From positions 1 to 64,000 of the forward strand of contig NZ_FOAT01000005.1 of the NCBI RefSeq assembly GCF_900109655.1: a stretch of DNA of 64,000 nucleotides. Direction: 5' to 3'. How positions within the stretch are numbered: the first letter of the stretch is position 1; every line of letters starts with the position of its first letter. Below, piece by piece: positions 59,812-64,000 of this stretch. The notes below the pieces were generated by a model. It was not told the origin of the DNA, searched no databases, and was given only the letters and a program-made list of their open reading frames with translations. Position numbers and translations under genes: made by a program. The stretch comes from Ruminococcus albus (lineage in GTDB: Bacteria; Bacillota; Clostridia; Oscillospirales; Ruminococcaceae).

Positions 59812-61161
59812 TTATACCACGCCCTGAGCCTTCATAGCCTCTGCTACCTTCAGGAAGCCTGCGATGTTTGCACCTGCTACAAGGTCATCGCCCAGACCGT
59901 ACTCGTGTGCTGCCTCGATGGAAGCAGAGAAGATGTTCTTCATGATCTGATGCAGCTTAGCATCAACTTCCTCGGAAGTCCAGTTGTATCTCATGGAGTT
60001 CTGGCTCATCTCGAGGCCGGAAACTGCAACACCGCCTGCGTTAACTGCCTTGGAAGGAGCTACGATAGCGCCGTTCTCTCTCAGGTAGGTAACTGCCTCA
60101 GCTGTTGTAGGCATATTGGAAACCTCAACATAGTACTTAACGCCGTTTGCGATGATGTTCTTAGCATCCTCGATAGCAACCTCGTTCTGAGTTGCGCAAG
60201 GCATTACGATGTCGACCTTCTGCTCCCAAGGCTTCTTGCCTGCGAAGAAAGGTACACCGAACTTGTCAGCGTAATCCTGAACTCTGTTTCTGCAGGAAGC
60301 TCTCATCTCAAGCAGGTAATCAACCTTCTCGCCTGTGATGCCGTCCTTATCGTAGATGTAACCGTCAGGACCGGAGATAGTAACTACCTTACCGCCCAGC
60401 TCGTTTACCTTCTTGATAGTACCCCAAGCAACGTTACCGAAACCGGATACTGCAAAGGTCTTGCCTTCGATGCTGTCGCCGAAGTGCTTCAGGAGCTCTA
60501 CTGCATAGTAAACTGCGCCGTAGCCTGTAGCCTCGGGTCTGATCAGAGATCCGCCGTACTGCATACCCTTACCTGTCAGAACGCCTACGAATTCGTTTCT
60601 GATTCTCTTGTACTGACCGAAGAGGTAGCCGATCTCTCTGCCGCCTACACCGATATCACCAGCGGGAACGTCGGTATCTGCGCCGATGTGCTTGCAGAGC
60701 TCAGTCATGAAGCTCTGGCAGAATCTCATAACTTCAGCGTCAGACTTGCCCTGAGGGTCAAAGTCGGAACCGCCCTTGCCGCCGCCCATAGGAAGGCTGG
60801 TCAGGCTGTTCTTGAAGATCTGCTCGAAGCCCAGGAACTTGATAACGGAAGCACATACTGTGGGGTGGAATCTCAGACCGCCCTTGTAAGGTCCGATAGC
60901 GGAGTTGAACTGGATACGGAAACCTCTGTTTACCTGTACCTTGCCGTTGTCATCAACCCAGGGAACACGGAACATTACCTGTCTCTCAGGCTCAACTATT
61001 CTGTCGAAAACGCCTGCATCGATAAGATCCTGTCTCTTGTCAGCAACAGGAACAAGGCTCTCAAGAACCTCATATACTGCCTGGTGGAATTCCTTCTCAC
61101 CGGGGTTTCTCTTCTCGACCTGCTCGTATACCTTCTGGAGGTACTCATTCTTCAATGCCAT
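59812..61161 (-). CDS. gdhA: NADP-specific glutamate dehydrogenase
   Basis: GGGKGGSDFDPQGKSD; Rossmann motif GFGNVAWG; the likely start is MALKNEYLQ (second Met). Confidence 0.9.
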   Translation of the reverse strand: MALKNEYLQKVYEQVEKRNPGEKEFHQAVYEVLESLVPVADKRQDLIDAGVFDRIVEPERQVMFRVPWVDDNGKVQVNRGFRIQFNSAIGPYKGGLRFHPTVCASVIKFLGFEQIFKNSLTSLPMGGGKGGSDFDPQGKSDAEVMRFCQSFMTELCKHIGADTDVPAGDIGVGGREIGYLFGQYKRIRNEFVGVLTGKGMQYGGSLIRPEATGYGAVYYAVELLKHFGDSIEGKTFAVSGFGNVAWGTIKKVNELGGKVVTISGPDGYIYDKDGITGEKVDYLLEMRASCRNRVQDYADKFGVPFFAGKKPWEQKVDIVMPCATQNEVAIEDAKNIIANGVKYYVEVSNMPTTAEAVTYLRENGAIVAPSKAVNAGGVAVSGLEMSQNSMRYNWTSEEVDAKLHQIMKNIFSASIEAAHEYGLGDDLVAGANIAGFLKVAEAMKAQGVV

Positions 61162-62022
61162 TGTAAAAACTCCCATCTTAAATAAATAAAAATTACCGTC
61201 AGAGTCCGACTACGGCGTACACTTGTACGCTCCGGACTCACACTGCCCTATTATTATAGCACACTCTTTTAGGTTTTGCAAGTCTAGAAACGCAAAATTT
61301 CAGATTACCTGTGAATTTTAGTACATTCGGAATAATTATCGCAAAATAGCTCTTTATATTTATGCAAATAGTCGGAATAGTTCTGTAGTTTTGAGATTGT
61401 AATTATACTCGATATCTGTGATTCGTATTATCAAAAAGCCTATTTTACGTACATTTGTATAAAAATGAATTTCAACTTATCTATTCTTGCAAAATTAGAA
61501 TAATACCGACATCGGGATATGTCAGCGACGACAATATATGATGATATTTGACAGAGAATATCTGTAATATGGGTCATAGTGGAAAAATTTTCCCGTATAA
61601 GTACGAAAATATATCCCGATATCTTTACATTTTGCATTTTATATGGTATAATATCGGTGACGGGGCTATATTTGCTCCGAATCCGAAACGGACGCGGCGG
61701 TGTGTTCTGTTACTGCGGCAGCACGGAGTTATTTATACCGACTGACATATATCCGGCTTAACCTATGCCATAGCCAGAGCATAAGTCGGGCATTATATGT
61801 GATACATAACAGCGGCGGTCATAGGCAGAATATCTGCGTGATATGACTCCAAAAGTATCACATTATCCAAAGCGGATACTTTCCCTTTCGCACAGGTGCG
61901 CATATACCTTATATGTGCGTTGAGGGACAGACGCGGGAATGTCTGAACGGTAGGGAGATTCTGTGTGAGCCTGCGATGTACGGTACACTGCCTTTCCGTA
62001 ACACACCGAAAGGACAAGACAG

Positions 62023-63867
62023 ATGAAAATTTATCTTATCGACTTTGAAAATGTGAAGTCAAAGGGTCTGACAGGCATCGACAGCCTGACCGAGTATGAC
62101 CGCGTCATCATTTTTTACAGCGAGAACGCGGACACCATCAATTTTGAGATGCACCAGAAGGTGCTGATATCCAAAGCCGAGGTCGAGTATTTCAAGGTAC
62201 ACGTGGGCGGCAAGAATGCACTGGATTTCCAGCTTTCAACACTGCTGGGATATCTTGTGAGCAAGAACTATTACAGCCATATCTTCGTTATCAGCAACGA
62301 CAAGAGCTTTGATTTCCTGCATGATTTCTGGCACGGCAAGTACATAGCCGCTCCCGACTGCATCGTATACCGCACCAAGACAATTGCGCAGGCTATCAAC
62401 TATGCAGGCGGCAAAAAGCAGCCTATCCCAGACGATGACGATGATACGGATACAACTGTATTTGCAAGCACTGAGGCAGTTTCGGAAAGCGAGCAGGATA
62501 AGGAAACTCCCGCCGCCGAAGCAGAGCCTGTGAAGAAAGTTCCCGAAGTAAAGGAAACTGCGCCGGTCAAGGAAACAGCTCCTGCAAAGCCTGAACCCGC
62601 AAAAGTTCAGACCGAGAAGAAAGAACAGCCTTCCGCAAAGAGCGAGACTTCGGAAAAGGCTGTTGTGATGAGCGCCGACCTCACCGAGAAACGTGCCGCT
62701 AAGCCAGCGCCCAAGCAGGAACCCAAAAAGGATAAAGCTCCCAAGCAGGCGAAGAATAATGCTCCCGCCAAGGAAGAGGAATTCACCATCAGCGCCGAGG
62801 AGCTGAATGCTCTGGAAGCTTCATTCAGCGCTTATTCCATCATTGATGTCAAGAAAGCCGAAAAGGCTGAAAAGCCAGCAGAGAAGAAAGCCGAGCCCAC
62901 TCCCGCGGCAAAGCCTGCCGAGGTGAAAGCAGAGGTCAAGGAAGAACCTGCAAAGGTCGAAGCTCCCAAGACTGAAACTCCAAAGGAAGCACCCAAAGCT
63001 GAACCTGCAAAGGAAGCTCCTAAGAGCGAAAAGCCAGCAGACAAGCAGAAAGTTCAGACTAAGGGATTTTTCGCGACACTGAAAGAGATCATGAAAAAGA
63101 CCGAGTGCAAGGCTGAGATGATCAACCACGTATCTCAGCTGCTGATAAATTCCGATACCAAGGAAGAATTCCACAACTTGCTTGCCAAGGATTACAAGCA
63201 GGATGCCACCGAGCTTTACAAGCTACTGCGCCCTAAATATCTCCGTCTGAAAGAGATGTACGCAGCAGAGCACCCCGAGTATGTCAGCCCTGATACAGTG
63301 ACTGTTCAGCCCGCAGAGGAAGCTCCCAAGGCAGAAGCAAAAGCCGAGGTCAAGGAAACTGCTAAGGCTGAAAAGGCAGAGAAAAAAGAAGTTCCTGCTG
63401 AAGTACCTGCAAAAGCAGAGGAAGAAGTCAAGACTGTCGCTGAGACTGTGACCGAAAATGCTGAGGAAGTTGCGGAGAAAGCTCCTGCCGCTGAGGAAAA
63501 GCCCGCAAAGAAGAAGACCAGAACTTCAAAGGCAAAGAAATCCGATGAGGGCAAGACCACAAAGTCCGAAAAGACCGAAAAGTCTGCGAAGACTGCTAAA
63601 ACTTCAAAGACACGCACAAGCAAGAAATCTGCAAAGGCTGCCGAAAAAGCCCCCGCAGAAAGCGTATCGGAAGACAGGCTCGAACAGCTTCTGGACGGCA
63701 AATGTTCAACCGATGAAGTCGAGCTGATACGTCAGCTTTTCAGGGAAGTTCCCTCAAGACAGCAGCTTTATATCCGCATGATAAAGCTCTTCGGCAAAAA
63801 GAACGGCTGTGTATATTACAGCGCCATAAAAGAGGAATACAGCGCTATCAGCGAAGCGATAAAATGA
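62023..63867 (+). CDS. NYN/LabA-like (PIN-fold) domain protein with a roughly 350-aa Lys/Ala/Glu/Pro-rich histone-H1-like region and two short C-terminal helical repeats
   Basis: N-terminus MKIYLIDFENV...VIIFYSEN...FVISNDKSFDFL resembles the NYN fold; the long low-complexity region is (KAEVKE / APKAEPAKEAPK)n. Confidence 0.45.
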   Translation: MKIYLIDFENVKSKGLTGIDSLTEYDRVIIFYSENADTINFEMHQKVLISKAEVEYFKVHVGGKNALDFQLSTLLGYLVSKNYYSHIFVISNDKSFDFLHDFWHGKYIAAPDCIVYRTKTIAQAINYAGGKKQPIPDDDDDTDTTVFASTEAVSESEQDKETPAAEAEPVKKVPEVKETAPVKETAPAKPEPAKVQTEKKEQPSAKSETSEKAVVMSADLTEKRAAKPAPKQEPKKDKAPKQAKNNAPAKEEEFTISAEELNALEASFSAYSIIDVKKAEKAEKPAEKKAEPTPAAKPAEVKAEVKEEPAKVEAPKTETPKEAPKAEPAKEAPKSEKPADKQKVQTKGFFATLKEIMKKTECKAEMINHVSQLLINSDTKEEFHNLLAKDYKQDATELYKLLRPKYLRLKEMYAAEHPEYVSPDTVTVQPAEEAPKAEAKAEVKETAKAEKAEKKEVPAEVPAKAEEEVKTVAETVTENAEEVAEKAPAAEEKPAKKKTRTSKAKKSDEGKTTKSEKTEKSAKTAKTSKTRTSKKSAKAAEKAPAESVSEDRLEQLLDGKCSTDEVELIRQLFREVPSRQQLYIRMIKLFGKKNGCVYYSAIKEEYSAISEAIK

Positions 63868-64000
63868 TGAAATGACAATATCCCCTGTCTGCGGACGGGG
63901 GATAATTCTTGAATGGAGGATATATGTATATCACCGAAGAACATAACCCTCGCTTGCCTTTTCTGCGGGACAAGACCTCGAAGCTGACAACTTCGCCCGG

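Noticed and set aside
59905-61185. 426-aa plus-strand ORF
   Set aside because: It is antisense to gdhA, a compositional artefact, while gdhA itself carries unmistakable GDH motifs.
62607-63701. Minus-strand ORFs of 60-131 aa
   Set aside because: They are antisense to the low-complexity K/A/E-rich region of the NYN-domain gene.

Overview
This looks like a low-GC Firmicutes chromosomal segment, probably a Ruminococcus-like cellulolytic organism: there is a dockerin-like motif, BspA-type LRR and DUF285 surface proteins, and AGGAGG-type ribosome-binding sites. I saw no rRNA, tRNA, CRISPR array, transposase or integrase. I call about 55 genes. From left to right they are: (1) a response regulator / ABC ATPase / ABC-2 permease / histidine kinase / GGDEF module; (2) a sodium:neurotransmitter symporter (NSS/SNF) family transporter, an AraC regulator and a HAD-like protein; (3) a co-oriented cluster of a TPM-domain protein, a Zn-ribbon protein, an SPFH protein with Zn-ribbon repeats, a small membrane protein and a eukaryotic-like Ser/Thr kinase whose ectodomain carries about 8 tandem Cys-rich repeats; (4) a nonsense/frameshifted LRR-dockerin pseudogene; (5) oadG-oadB; (6) mscS, a capA-like lipoprotein and a GH31 hydrolase; (7) pflA and a pflB that is naturally split into three ORFs (core, an 81-aa acidic ORF, and a separate glycyl-radical domain); (8) tyrA, a hydrolase, a transglutaminase-like protein and an Mrr-cat nuclease-like gene; (9) a purine/pyrimidine salvage cluster (a phosphoribosyltransferase, an NCS2 permease, hpt, upp, uraA); (10) a putative lipid-tailoring operon (plsC-like acyltransferase, acyl-CoA ligase, B12-binding radical-SAM protein, CDP-alcohol phosphatidyltransferase, C92-like amidase); (11) a tandem array of seven paralogous secreted LRR/DUF285 proteins, each with its own consensus sigma-70 promoter and a conserved 5'-terminal leader hairpin; (12) a LysR regulator, gdhA, and an NYN-domain protein with a long K/A/E/P-rich region. 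Intergenic spaces carry a mosaic family of REP-like palindromic repeats. The most unusual features are the three-part pflB locus, the seven-gene surface-protein array with conserved leaders, the kinase/SPFH/TPM cluster, and the radical-SAM lipid operon. All calls come from reading motifs in the supplied translations and the DNA itself; no database searches were run.
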